A stretch of 46,580 nt of DNA from Saprolegnia diclina VS20 (GCF_000281045.1 NW_008246091.1:492938-539517), one strand, 5' to 3'; counted from the stretch's first letter, positions 11,035 to 23,271 are shown. Notes: generated by a model not told the origin, from the letters alone. Translations and numbers: made by a program.

Positions 11035-11134
11035 CGTGTAAAACGTGCGAAACGCTGATGTGCAACACATTCCCCACATGTTTCCCACTGGCACCACTCA
11101 CAAGTCCACAGCCGCCATCAACTGCAACTGGTAC

Positions 11135-11194
11135 GGCCCCACTTTCAGAATCTGGCCCACGCTCAGAATCTGGCCCACTTTCAAAATCTGGCAC
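11135..11194. repeat. 18-bp tandem repeat x3 (ggcccactttcagaatct)
   Basis: Units at 11135-11153, 11154-11171, 11172-11189 plus a partial unit. Confidence 0.85.
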
Positions 11195-11339
11195 AGTGCT
11201 ACGCGCACCGTACAAGGCGCAAACACACTTGACGCCGTCGAGGTCTCGTCATCACAGGACGTATCGACGAGAGGTGGTGTCTGAACCGTCAAGCAGACGT
11301 TAACGGTTTAACGGTTTACAACCATTCACTAGCGAGTCC

Positions 11340-13554
11340 TCAGTTGGCAGTCTCTTGGCGCTCGGGGCGGGTGGGGGGCAGCCGCGTCGCCATCGGAAGC
11401 AACTTCACGGCCGACTGCTTGACGGTGAACGCTGGATGCACCCGTCCCCCACAAAGACACCTACATCGTCCATTATAGCAGCGTCTCAAACGGTCCATCG
11501 ATTGTCGTACTTGGAGGTCGTCGCGTCCCACTGCCACTGCCCTACAATGTGTGCGCAGCCCTCTTTCGGGCACTTGACGCTGCCCGTCGCCGCCGTCATT
11601 GGCCCGAACCACCGCAAGGGCTCGAGATACCACAGGTCGCAGCCACTGGTGAGCGCCGCAAAGTGCTTTTCGTCGTCGCTTATGACGGCCGAGACGCGGC
11701 GTCTGCACACGTGATCTAAGACCGTCCTTGCCACATTCACAGATCTTACATTTGGCATCGGGACCCGCGCTTTTCGAGCTCTTTGAGCTGCGCGCGCCAC
11801 GTACTGAGCTCGGCGTCCGGCGTCGCCTTGGTCTTGGTCTTGGTCGTCTTGTCACTGCTGTCGTTGGTCGGACTCGTGAGCCGAAAGCTAAACTGCTTGG
11901 ACCACGCGCGCCATATCTTTTTTCGCGATGACACCGACTTGGTCGGTGACGTCACGTGAATTGAGGACGGGACAACCTCGAGGCTGGCGACGTCACGCAG
12001 CATCGACTCGAGCACGCGCTGGTCGGCGATCGCGTCCGGGCGATTCGCCACTTCGTCGTCGTCGTCGTCGTCAAACGGACTCGCGTTCGGGTCGACGGAG
12101 AACGGTCGGGACGGCACCTGCTGGCGGCCGCGCGGCGTCTACGCATGTTCCGTTGGTCTAGTTCAAGATGCCCACTGTCGAAACGAGGGTACCTCGGGAC
12201 AGCTCGCCGCGCGTTTGCGGTCCACAGCAATCGTCCATGCTGCCGCGTCGGTGCTCGGCGTGTGCTTGAGAACGTTGGCCGTGCAGAAGAGCGTCGTGCT
12301 ACACTCGACGCAGCCGTAAACGTGGCCCATGGACCGTAGCGGCGGGATAAAGTGCTGTGTCTTGGGCGACGACGGCCGTGTGAGGTAAAACCCACTCGGC
12401 ACGATGCCGAGCAGCATGCGCTTGTCTGTCTCGGCGCTCTTCTTGATCGGGTCGAGCTCGATGGGCAAATGCTGCGCGTGCCGGGTCCGCGCCCGTACCA
12501 TCTTTGTCTGGAGTAACAGCTGATGGGCTCTAAAGACATCGAGCTGCGCCTTTTCCAAGCATTGCAGTTGGTCTTCGAAGCCTACGCGGCTTGTCAGAAT
12601 CGATCGCCAAGTCGAGCGGAGTACCCGTGTTGAGCGCGACGACTGGTCGCACGGCCCGTAGCTTGGCAAAGGCGTCGGCGTACGGAAAGCCTTGTGTGAG
12701 CATGATGTAGGCCATCGCGATCGCCGGCGACCGCGACCGCCCGCCCGCGCTACACCAACCTCGTCTCGCTCATGGCGTGTCAAGGAGCGCCTGTACCAGT
12801 GGACGAGAACGCCGCCGTTCTGCATACCCGCTTCGAGAAAGACGGTCGTGACGGGGAGGCAGCTGAGGAGGTTTGTGTACTCCTTGTCGCGGAGGTCGAT
12901 CGTAAGGTACGTAAAGTCCTGCAAGAACCGGCCATGTGAGCCTAGAGACAAGGCCATGGCGGTACTCGACCTGCGGGTACGTGGCGACGGTGCCCGAGAC
13001 GTTGAGCACATGCGTGATCTTGCGCTCCTTGATGGCCTCAAAGTTGAAGGCCGCATGGATCGAGCCGACCCAGAGCTTGGGCACGACTTCGGACGGGATG
13101 TTGTCCTACGCGTGGCCATGAGGCGCGTCGTCGCCACGGGCGGCCGTGCACCTGGACGAGCGCGGGCTGGAGCGCGAGACTTGGCGGCTTCCGGGCGCTC
13201 ATCGGGTCGCTGCTTGCTGGCTCGAGGGCGTAAAAGTTGCTGCTGTTTCGGGCCGTTACCGGGTTTCTGGAAATATGTCTGCGCGCTCATTGGTCCATAA
13301 ACATCATTTATAGCCAATCGTAGGATGCCGCCGCGACGTCTACAAATGCGCTGGCCGCATACGTGGCACGCTGCCACGCGTTTCGAACGCAGCTTCTTGA
13401 GCTTCAAGGCTGAGGTTTGTCTGGACAGTACCGTCATCGCTGACCTTATTCGCATTTTGAAATCTCGGCCGCGAAGTAGCCGCCTCTCTGACAACTGCGT
13501 GTCATCGCTCGGGGCCTTCAACATGCTTGACACGACATAGCCTCTTCTAGTCAT
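11340..13554 (-). CDS. Dual-specificity protein phosphatase, YVH1/DUSP12-like, multi-exon
   Basis: PSEVVPKLWVGS, ITHVLNV, spliced catalytic loop VLVHC-AGGRSRSPAIAMAY, then zinc-binding motifs YGCVECSTTLF...H and CDLWYLEPLRWF...KCPKEGC...CLCGGRVHPAF. Start uncertain (13554 or a downstream Met). Confidence 0.85.
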
Positions 13555-14012
13555 TACGACCCCTCAAGCTCTACATTGCCTTTTCATTGAAGGGTAGCGT
13601 CCGATCCAAGCGTAAAGAGACCGGTGTAGCGACTCAACGAGCGCGAGTGTCGGATCCATACCTACGCACTGCCGCTGATGGCAACTGCGTCGGTTGGAAA
13701 CCGCGCTTGCGACGCCTTGCCCACTCGAACGAGAAGATGCCAAGAACGAGCGATCCAGTGGGGCCTGATCGTCACAGCCGACAGTTGACCAGGACAGTGT
13801 ATTCCCTAATTGTCTGGAGATGAACCCTTGCCTGCGAAAGAGCTCTGCACAGCGAACACCCCATGTCCTCTTCTACGCTCGATTGTACTTGGTAGCGTCT
13901 CTAGTCGCATCAAACCGTCACTCGCAATTTCATCAACTTGTGAAATTTGCATAAATTGGAGCAAAAATATCGCGCTACTGCACGGAACTGGCGTTGTGCC
14001 GGAGCTACTGCG

Positions 14013-14122
14013 ACCAGCCTCGACTGACTAACCAGCCTCGACTGACTAACCAGCCTCGACTGACTAACCGGCCTCGGCTGACTCGCCTCGCCACGCAGTC
14101 GCAGACCAGCCTCGACTGGCTA
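14013..14122. repeat. 18-bp tandem repeat (accagcctcgactgacta) x3 exact, one degenerate, one detached copy
   Basis: Exact units 14013-14030, 14031-14048, 14049-14066; degenerate 14067-14084; detached 14105-14122. Confidence 0.9.
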
Positions 14123-14270
14123 GTGGCTTAGAGCGCCATGCACTATGCACCATGACCGCTAAAGTCTTGCAAGGCATTTCTCGTAAAATAATGTGGGCTA
14201 GTAGTTGGTATCATTGTCGTTGGCGGGAAACGGTGACAAACCGTTTCGCGACGCGCAGACAGGCGGTGCG

Positions 14271-17200
14271 ATGACCGAGCCGAAGCGCGGGCTGCGTAAG
14301 GCAACGACCGTGAGCCTCCGCCGGCTCAAAGAGACACCGGAGGTTGAGGCGCCGAGTCGCCCGGCCACCATGCCACCGGCAAGTGCGACACTGTCGCCGC
14401 TGCCGAGTCGCCCGTCCTCACACGGCGAGATGCTCGTGCCCGAGCCGTCATGTGACACAAGGGACGCGCTGCGCCGACCAAAAGCCGTACTCTCAACGCG
14501 TTGTTTTGGCTGCGGCGGCCTCCCGGAGATGTGTCTCCACTGCTTCTCCAACTGCAAGAAGAACGACATGACCAAGTACAAGCAGAGCTTGGCGAAGGGC
14601 GTCGAATGGCTCTTTGTCAAAGCCACGTCCCGAGCGTTCAGCCATCTCTCGGATACGATCACGCAGTGGGTCTTTGGGTACACCGCTTCTTTTTCCTTGA
14701 GCTTGCTAGCGTTGTACGTAGGATGTGGAAATTTTACTGTCAGCAAAAGAAGCTCCACCGCCAGTACGCGCTTCGGCTCGTCGAGCGCCAGCGGCTCAAG
14801 CGCGTCATGAGCTCGTGGCGCATCCAGGCGTACGACCGACGTGCGTATGGTGCGCTCGTGTATGCCCAAGGCGAACATGTTGGTCTTGCACTTGGGGTTC
14901 GCGCACCGCAACACGATCATGTAGACGCGCGTCGTGGCGCTCGAGGCAGAACTCAACGCGCTCCAAGGCACTCTCACCGACCTCAAGCAAGAGCACCAAG
15001 TGCGCGCGCACTTGGACGCCGACAAGATGGCCAAGTTGCACGGCCTCATTCAAGAAGAGAAGCAGCGCGTCGTCGACAAGAACAAGGAGCTCGCTGCGAT
15101 CAAAGGCCAGTTGGCCATCATGCAAGCCAGCTTTGCCGTGCGTTCACATGCTGATGGAGTGATATGTGTGTGTGTGAGAGGCTGTGGCTAGTCGCTGGAA
15201 GCGAAAGCCGAGAAGGCCGAGATGCTCACGGCCCTCCAAGCCGAACTGTTTGACTACAAGAAAGTGTGTTTTCAAATGTCCCACGAGCTCATTTCGCAAA
15301 TGGAGGTACAATATTGTCTTTCGAACGTTTTTCATGCCCTTATGTCGTAGCGCCAAGTGGACGAATTTGCACTCTACGACGGACGTCAGTATTTCAACGA
15401 CGTTTTGTCCAACGACGTGGTTAATTCCCTTGATTTGATGGAGAACCCGATCTTGTACGACCCCAGCTTCAAGGTATTACCTCGATCGCCTCGATAATAT
15501 TGACGCAATGTGCACTAGCTCAACAAGGACGTGCGTCGCGAAGACCGCGAAAAAGCCAAAAAAGAAATTAAAAAAGTTTCGCCCATCAACTCGGCCCCCG
15601 TCGATCGCGCCGACCGCATTCTCATGCAGTGGGTGCGTGGCCACTGGATTGTCTTCATTAAATGATTTTGTTTCATTTTTACGTGTATTTTGCTCATTTT
15701 TTTATGATTTAGGTCAACTACCTCTTGCTCAAGAAGTCGCCACCCGATTGGCTCAAGGCGACGCGCATCTCCAACTGCAACACCAATCTTCAAGTAGCTC
15801 CTCGGTGGCATGTGAGATCTCATTCGTCTTTCATAGGACGGCAAAGCGTATGCGGTCGTGACGCGCATTCTTCACGACGCCATGTGCAATTGTACGACAC
15901 GAAGATTGTCTTTTACAAATGGACATTTTGCTTGTAGTACGACCTCGAAAAAAGACGTACGAAGCCGCACTGCAGCGAGAAAACGGCGTCGCACTCACCG
16001 ACCAAGCCGCCGAGCGCTACTTGGTATAGCACCTCCGACCTTGACAGATTGATACATTCCGACAGACGTTGATGATCAACGAGAGCGACGACCAGCGACG
16101 CCTCGAGCTCATGCTCAATACGATTGGACAGGCCATGTGGCTACCCAGCGAGGTCGACACAGTTTCTTTCCTGTGTCAGAATGCACTCGTACAAATTATG
16201 ACAATATTTGTAGCTGGTCAAAGCCCAGGACATTATGGCCGGCGACAGCGACTTCAACTTGGTGCTGCTCGGCTACCTTTTTTGCACGTCGCCGCCCGTC
16301 GTGGAAGAGACCCACACGGAGCACTGCAATACGCTCATGCGGCAACTCACGCTTGAACGGTACAGATATTGTCCATCGATGCCTCAAAAGTTCGACTACG
16401 AATTACGAATGCGTAGCGCGCAGTGGCGCGAGTTTAAAGAAAAGGCGGACGCGAACGACGTGACGAGCGCTGTTTCGAAAAAAATCAAGGTCCACGTTTA
16501 TCCATTTTTTGAAAAATTGGGACAATAATGGACAATAATGGACTATAATGGACTCTATGTGTAGCTCGCACTTGCGCACTTGCTCGAAATGAAAAAGCGG
16601 CTCGACACCGAGGTCAAGAAGGCCCACGACGGTCACGTCATCTGGTGGAAGAGCTCGCGTGTCGTCTTGCGCAAGTGCTTTTTAACCCTCTCGATGATGG
16701 CCCATGGCAAGTCGGGGTTTATGGTGGCCGCCGAAAAAGCTGCCGACAACGAAGGCTTCCTCCTCGTGCCCCACGATCGCATCGGATCGATTCTGTTTGA
16801 CCACGAAGACGCCAAATGGTATTTTATCGCATTTATTGTATTTAAGTATTGCATTGGTATTCCTATGACTAGGGAAATCGACATGCTGCAAGGCTATCTC
16901 AATAGCGTCTACAACGACCTCTCGCGCATTTACCGCAGGTATACGGCGTCGATATTGCGTCGTTTTTATAGTTGTCTATAGCTATGCGAGTCGTGGCGCC
17001 ACGACCGAAGTCGGCGTTATGAGCTATGGTGGTCTTCTCGAACTCCTTTCGGTATCGTGTAATATCAACTGGAGCTTGATACAATAGCGAGATATCGCAT
17101 AGGAGTGCAACATTCCCGACAACAACTTTGCCCTCAAAGACATGGAAGGCATCTTTGCAGCCGTGACCGACACGGTAGACTTGGAGACTGGAGTTTGGTG

Positions 17201-17966
17201 CATAGACTATGACGCGTGGTGGTAGAAACCCGACAACACGGCCGACGGCGACGCAGTCATCGTCGATGTCAACCGCGCGCTGCTGCCCGCCGAGTTTATA
17301 GAGGCGCTCATCCGCATCGCTCGAAAGCGTTATAGTGGGCAGTACAAGACCACGGCGCTCTCCGAGTCATTTTGTCTTCTCGTCGACAACCAGATTCTAC
17401 CGTACGCGTACCAGAACGACGCCGAAAAGTTCCAGAAACAGGTTGCCAGACGCGTTCTTTCCAGATCTCAGATATCAAATGCACATACTAGATGGAGTCG
17501 CCAGGGCTCCGCAACATGCTCATCAAGTACCAAGACGACATGAAAGCGCTGTTTACGCGGGTGTGTCGACGACTAGCGTTCTGTCACATGACAATATTGC
17601 TAGTACTCGGTGGACCAGGGCAAGAAGAAGACTAAGACGACCAAGATGACGGCGTATACGCTCATGAAGTTTGTGTCGGACCGCAGCGTACGTCTCCATT
17701 CTTGATGTATAACTATTGCAACGGGATGTTTTGCATCGTAGCTCGAAGACGACGTGTTTACGAACGAGCGCGCGCTCCAAGTCGTTGGCCACGCTGTCCG
17801 TGCCCGCGCCATCTCCAAGACGGAGCTCATGCAGCAAGAAATTACATTTGACGCCTTCCAAGAGACTATGGTCGCCATGGCCTGCCACAAGAACCCGGAC
17901 CCGTACGTCTCGGTCGAGAACCGGTTTCAGAAATTTGCGACCATGTACATTGTGTCAGCTGCCTAA
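14271..17966 (+). CDS. Large multi-exon protein with coiled coil, calponin-homology-like domain and C-terminal EF-hand-like helical repeats
   Basis: Spliced exons give ILMQWVNYLL...RISNCNTNLQDGKAYAV...DIMAGDSDFNLVLLGYLF (CH-like) and LLPAEFIEALIRIARKRY, ITFDAFQETMVAMACHK (EF-hand-like). Many short AT-rich GT-AG introns. Confidence 0.72.
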
Positions 17967-18014
17967 CAGACAATATGTATCGAGTTCTTCCATTCTTCTT
18001 CTGTCATCATTGGT

Positions 18015-19800
18015 TCATTCAGAATACGACTTTTGTCCCGACGCCACGAGGTGGCGCCATACTACGAGCGTCGCCCCCACCGAGGCGTCGCTGCTCGGTG
18101 CCAGGCGTAGCGGCGCGCCCGTGCGGTCTTGGATGTAGTAGCGTAGGAGCTCGTTGCGAACCAGAGCATTCCCGCTCCCGACCACACTATGACATGTCAA
18201 TATCAAAGTATCAAGGTATCAATGAGTACCACCGCGACTGGAGCGATCCTTGGAGGTGCGTCGGGAGCAACGCAAAGAGGTTGTCCACGATACCTCTCGC
18301 AATCGCCGCGCTCATGTCGCCCAGTGTCCAGTTGTCCATGGCGAGCTGCGACAATGTGCCCTAGCAGAAAACTCGTCGAACATTCCACCGACTGCAACTG
18401 TACGGTCTCCAAGCCTGGCGTGCGCTCGCCCAGTAAGGTCGGGCGGCACTGCAGCGTCGTATCGCGCTTGGCTGCTGCAATCACAGTGGCGTAGACGTCG
18501 CTCGGTGCGAGGGTCACCGACGGACACAGACAACGTGTCCATTCGATGGCGGACGCGACAAAGGCCGCAAAGACGTTTCCCCTACCCCTAATTTCGAAAC
18601 TCGATCTTGGGTAAGAGACGTGTACCCCGTCAAGGCGGCGACGACCGCGATCTGTTGTGCGTCAAAGTACGGTCGCACTTCAAAGCTGCCGCTGCTGGAG
18701 CTCTCAGTCGTAGTCGTCGCACTCTCCAACACAAAGGCGAGTTGGGCCGAGGTGCCAATGTTGACAACTAACGCCACGATGTTCGACAATTGCTAAAGCG
18801 AGATATACGTACAGAGCGCCGAGGTTGCGTCGAGGGCGGCAGAGTCGAGCAAGGCAGCAACTGCACACGGATGGTCACCCATGGGCACGTACACGGGAAC
18901 ACCCAGCGGAAGGCCAAAGGTGACCGCTGCCGGCGCCGACGACTCACCGACCACGTCGATGCCTGGCCGGCGCACGCGCGGCAGCATCTGCGGCGGAATC
19001 CCACAGGCGTCCAGCCTACGCAAACCGTGCAGCGTGCAACGATCGCGAAATAGATGCAGCATACGTGGCAGCGTCCCAGGACAGTGTTGCGAGATCGAAC
19101 CCGCCCCAGCTGAACGCGTTGGTCGTGTCCATAGAGGCGTGCGCCGGTGACGAGAGGCCGGCGAGGACAAAGGCGACGAGATCCATGATGGTGCCGCACG
19201 TATCAAAGCGCTCCAGCGTCGCAGGTGCGTGCGCGAGGACGTGTGCGTACGTGGCCACGCCGTAGCCTACAAATCTGATGACGTCGACGAGACGAGGCGG
19301 TGGGCCGCACCCGACGCCAAAGGCGACGGCGACGATGCCTCGGGGCCTGCAAGAGCCGCTCGGCGCTGCTGCAAGGTGTCAAGAAACGGTCGCGAGCAGC
19401 GCGTGTCTTGCCACGTAATGAGCTCCGACCACGGCAGCGGGTGCGGGGCGTCGGCAAAGTGGGTGGCGGCCGATGGGACTTCCGCGGCCGACCACCACAC
19501 GATGCCATGCATCTACTCGCCATACAAGCGTTGCTCGAGCCGAGCGTATGCAGGTAGCCAATCGAGTACCTGGCCGCAGATGGCAATGGCGTCGAGCTGG
19601 ACCGCGTCGAGCAATGCGCCAAGCGAACGCAGGGCCTCCTGCAAGGCCCGCAGGATGGCCGAGACGGCGACGACCGAGCCAGGTGCGTGGTTGATCGTAG
19701 CACTACTTTGACCGAGGATCTCGTGCGAGGCCGTCGTGACCGAGCACTTGATCGCGGTCGTGCCCACATCGAGGCCAAGCACGGCTGCCGGTGTGGCCAT
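18015..19800 (-). CDS. SHPK: Sedoheptulokinase-like FGGY carbohydrate kinase, multi-exon
   Basis: VLGLDVGTTAIK, ICGQ-MHGIVWW, LITWQDTRC, CGTIMD, DTTNAFSWGGFD, MGDHPC, VNIGTSAQL, EVRPYF, PTLLGER, GSGNALVRN match SHPK/CARKL-type motifs. Confidence 0.82.
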
Positions 19801-20324
19801 TCCACCCACTTTTTTCGTATTGCGTGTTGCAAGCCATACTGGCCGATCGCAACAGTAATGCAGTCATCGCCGAGCTTGTTGGCGTCTTTTGCGCAGACAG
19901 AAACGTGCCACGTGGAGCACAGCATCCTGCATAGAAAGGGCGTTGACAGCGATCCAAGGCGCAGCCAAGCGAGCGCAACGGCCGTGTAACGCAGCATGAC
20001 GTGGCACTATTTCCACAACGCACAATATTCAACTGGCTGGAATCACGCAACTTGATAAACTTAATGCTGCCATGGCCTGACAAGCTGGTCAAACTGCACC
20101 CATGGAGGCCCATGGAGGATGTGTACCGAAGCATTGGCGTGCCAGCTCATGCGAGCTGCTCGTGCGCACCTCATCGTGGACGGCCACTGTCGTCCGGACG
20201 CAGCCGCGACGGTGTACCCAGGTCTTCTAGCCAAGATTCGGCGGCTCCTGATTGGCCGTTGAGTTCAAGCAGACGGGCCAGGCCAATCTCCATTGAGCGA
20301 AAGAACACGTTGGCCAAGGATCGC

Positions 20325-21164
20325 ATGTCGGTGTGGCCGCTCGTCGTGCTTCTCGCGACGATGGCCATGGCGACCGAGGCGCATGGCGCTCGTCCGGCGT
20401 ACAACGAGTCGCACGCGCTGCACCTCGCTCGGCTCTGCGCGGTGTCGTACTGCCAGCACGACCACGTCGACCAGTGGAACTGCTCGCCATGCGCGTACGT
20501 GGCCAAGCCGTCGCATCTGCACATCATTGCCGACGTCAAGGAGAACTTCCAGGGCATCGTCGGGTACTCGGAGGACCACATCGTCGTTGCGTTCCGCGGC
20601 AGCATGGACATCAAGAACTGGCTCGACAACCTCTCGTTTCTCAAGACGCGGCCATGGACCGACTTGCCGGATGTGTACGTCCACCAAGGCTTCTATTGGG
20701 TCTACGAAAGCATTGCCAAGCAGCTCTGGGCCGCGCTCTCGGAGCTGCGCACGGCGTACCCGCACGCGCCGATCATCGTGACGGGCCACTCGCTCGGCGC
20801 CGCAGTCGCGGCCATCGCGACCGTCGACCTTGCCGCGCAGCACAACGTCTCGGTGGCGCAGCTGCTCACGTTTGGCGAGCCGCGGGTCGGAACGAAGGGC
20901 TTTGTAGCGCACTTGCTCTCGATCATACCGTACCTCGGGCGGGTGACCCACTGGCGCGACCTCGTGCCGCATGTCCCGTTCCACTGGCTCGGCTACGTCC
21001 ACGGCGCGCAAGAGATCTGGTACACGGAAGACTCGAGCGTCTACACGTTCTGCGACCCAAACGACGGCGAAGACCCGCACTGCAACAACCAGTTCAAGGC
21101 CACGGCCAGCATCGCCGACCACTTGGTCTACCTCAACATTTCGATGAGTCATCTCTTGTGCTAA
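20325..21164 (+). CDS. Secreted class 3 lipase, intronless, 279 aa
   Basis: Signal peptide, IVVAFRGS, VHQGF, VTGHSLG nucleophile motif, TFGEPRVG, RVTHWRDLVPHVP, C-terminal DHLVYL. Confidence 0.93.
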   Translation: MSVWPLVVLLATMAMATEAHGARPAYNESHALHLARLCAVSYCQHDHVDQWNCSPCAYVAKPSHLHIIADVKENFQGIVGYSEDHIVVAFRGSMDIKNWLDNLSFLKTRPWTDLPDVYVHQGFYWVYESIAKQLWAALSELRTAYPHAPIIVTGHSLGAAVAAIATVDLAAQHNVSVAQLLTFGEPRVGTKGFVAHLLSIIPYLGRVTHWRDLVPHVPFHWLGYVHGAQEIWYTEDSSVYTFCDPNDGEDPHCNNQFKATASIADHLVYLNISMSHLLC

Positions 21165-22077
21165 GCGTCGATAATGTGACTGCACACTATTACTGTGGCA
21201 TACAGCATTTTCGCAAAAGAGCTCGACTCGGTCTCCTCGGAGCAGACACGGCTGACAGATTGTGCAGTGCAGTTGTCGCTGGGCTGGAGGTTAGGGTCCA
21301 GACACGGCTGTAGACGCTGCCGACGACAAAGTCGTGTGCTATATAGGACGTGAGCAGCTCCAACGGCTCCTACATGCACCTATATTCATGCGTCCATAGT
21401 GAAGACTGCGAGCTGTGGAGCTGTGGTGGCGGCAACAGCTGTGGACGCCTGGATGCACCTGTGTTCGCCACTGTTCTTCTCATGCAGTTGTACCCGGCGG
21501 GTCGGCCACATGTACTAGGCGCCTGCTGCTTGTTTTCTTCTTCTTCAAGTAGCAAGGTTTGACGCTCTAGCTAAGGCGCTCAGAGCTAGCCGAGTGTACA
21601 TGGGTCCCGGCGCGGCTCCTTTTCGGATATCCTCTCTGCGACACACGAGTATGTCATCACAGATGCCCTTATGCAGTCGATCTGCGCGATGCTCGGTGCT
21701 TGGCGCGATTCGTGATACGAACTGTCGATGGCCTTCAGCACCAAGCAGAGGCCATGGAAGAGAGTGCAACATGGGCCAGAAGCCTCATAGCATCCTGCCC
21801 TGATCTCCATATTCCTTGCGTCTGCGCACCGTGTACGTGTACTGTGGGTGAGGAAGAGGCTTGCTTGGCATGTACCGCTACGAGCTCTCATGGGTTTTAT
21901 TGACCCATGGAGCTCTGCACCCATGCGACCGCAATGATCTTTCCGACTTGAAGTTGAATTCAAGCCAATCGTTTCACGTGATGATGTATACAGCGCCTCT
22001 GATTGGTCTATAATGCGCCAATGGCATCGACGCCTGCCACCGGCACCACGGTCGACTGAGAGCACTCTTGAATCCTC

Positions 22078-23271
22078 ATGCTCGCACGAACGCCCCTGCT
22101 CCGGGCGCTTGGCCGCCAGACGCGGCGCCATGCGTCGTCTCTGTCGCTGCCGATCATCGACCTCAGCGACGAAGCAACAACCGTCGCTGCCTTGGACGAC
22201 GCCTTCTCGACGTTTGGCTGCTGCTACATCAAAGGTACTACTTGCAATATGCGAGCGCGATTGTAGAGCGAAGCATCTCTTTTGCAGGTCATGGCATCAA
22301 CCTCGAGAAGGAAACGCATGTCATGAAGGCAGCGCACGAAGTCTTCCGCATGCCGGCCGAGGCCAAGAAGCTCTGCGAGCGCCCGAGCCTCGGCAACGGC
22401 TTCATTCGCGGCCACATTGGTCTTGGCGGCGAAAGCGGGAGCGAACTCATCGAAGTCAAGGAGGCTTTTTCGTACGGCTACGAATGGCCGGCGGACGTTG
22501 CGCCGACCAACCCCCTCCAGGGTCCCAACGTGTGGCCGCCCTCGACTGCGCTCGATGTGACGCACCAGCGCACGCTGCAGTCGTATTTCACCGACCTCAC
22601 GGTACACGCATCGTCTTGCTCCATCTTGGACCCACGGCCTCTTCTCTAGAACATCTCGACGACGCTGACGCGCAACATGTCTCTTGCGCTTGGGCAGTCG
22701 GCGTCGTACTTTGGCGACTACGCCAAAGAAGGCGACACGATCTCGATCATGCGCGCGTTTCACTACTTCCCCTACGACAAGCTGCGACGTACCGTGTCTT
22801 GCATTCACATGACAACATTGTCCAAATGTATATATCCTAGGCAATGCGTCCGACACCAACTTTGTCGGGTCGAGTCCGCACACGGACTGGGGCTTTCTGA
22901 CGCTGATTTTGCAAGACCCGACCGGCGGCCTCCAGTTTCTGCATGAGAACGAGTGGATCGACGTGCCGTACATCCCCGGCACGATCGTCGTCAACGGCGG
23001 CGACTACCTCTCGCTCCTCACCAAAGGCAAGTGGGTCTCGCCGATCCATCGCGTTGTGAGCGAACACACGTCCGACGAGCGCTACTCGATGGTGTTCTTC
23101 TACTACCCCGACTACGACGCGCGTATTCCCAAGCCCCAAGGCGTCAAGCAGACTGCGACCGCCATTGCGTCGACGCTCAACACGCTCGTGGATGGATCGC
23201 TCGACCTCGAGAAAACGTCGTTCGGCGAGTACATTGCGTCCAAATGGGCCAACGTCCAGCGCTCGACCTAA
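22078..23271 (+). CDS. 2-oxoglutarate/Fe(II) oxygenase (IPNS/DIOX type), multi-exon
   Basis: LPIIDLS, FGCCYIK-GHGI, GPNVWP, HTDWGFLTLILQD (HxD), WIDVP, VNGGDYL, SPIHRVV, ERYSMVFF (RxS). Confidence 0.9.

Noticed and set aside
11300..11319. taacggtt(t) duplication
   Set aside because: Two copies only; ordinary slippage.
14013..14122. CRISPR-like interpretation of the 18-bp repeats (also 11135-11194, 32932-33012)
   Set aside because: Units are head to tail with no unique spacers, no cas genes, eukaryotic context.
20265..21313. Long antisense and alternate-frame ORFs over the lipase (similar shadows over SDR, TRIC and others)
   Set aside because: Expected shadows of high-GC3 coding sequence.
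18015..23271. Kinase-lipase-oxygenase as a metabolic gene cluster
   Set aside because: No shared pathway logic or backbone enzyme; adjacency is expected in a compact genome.
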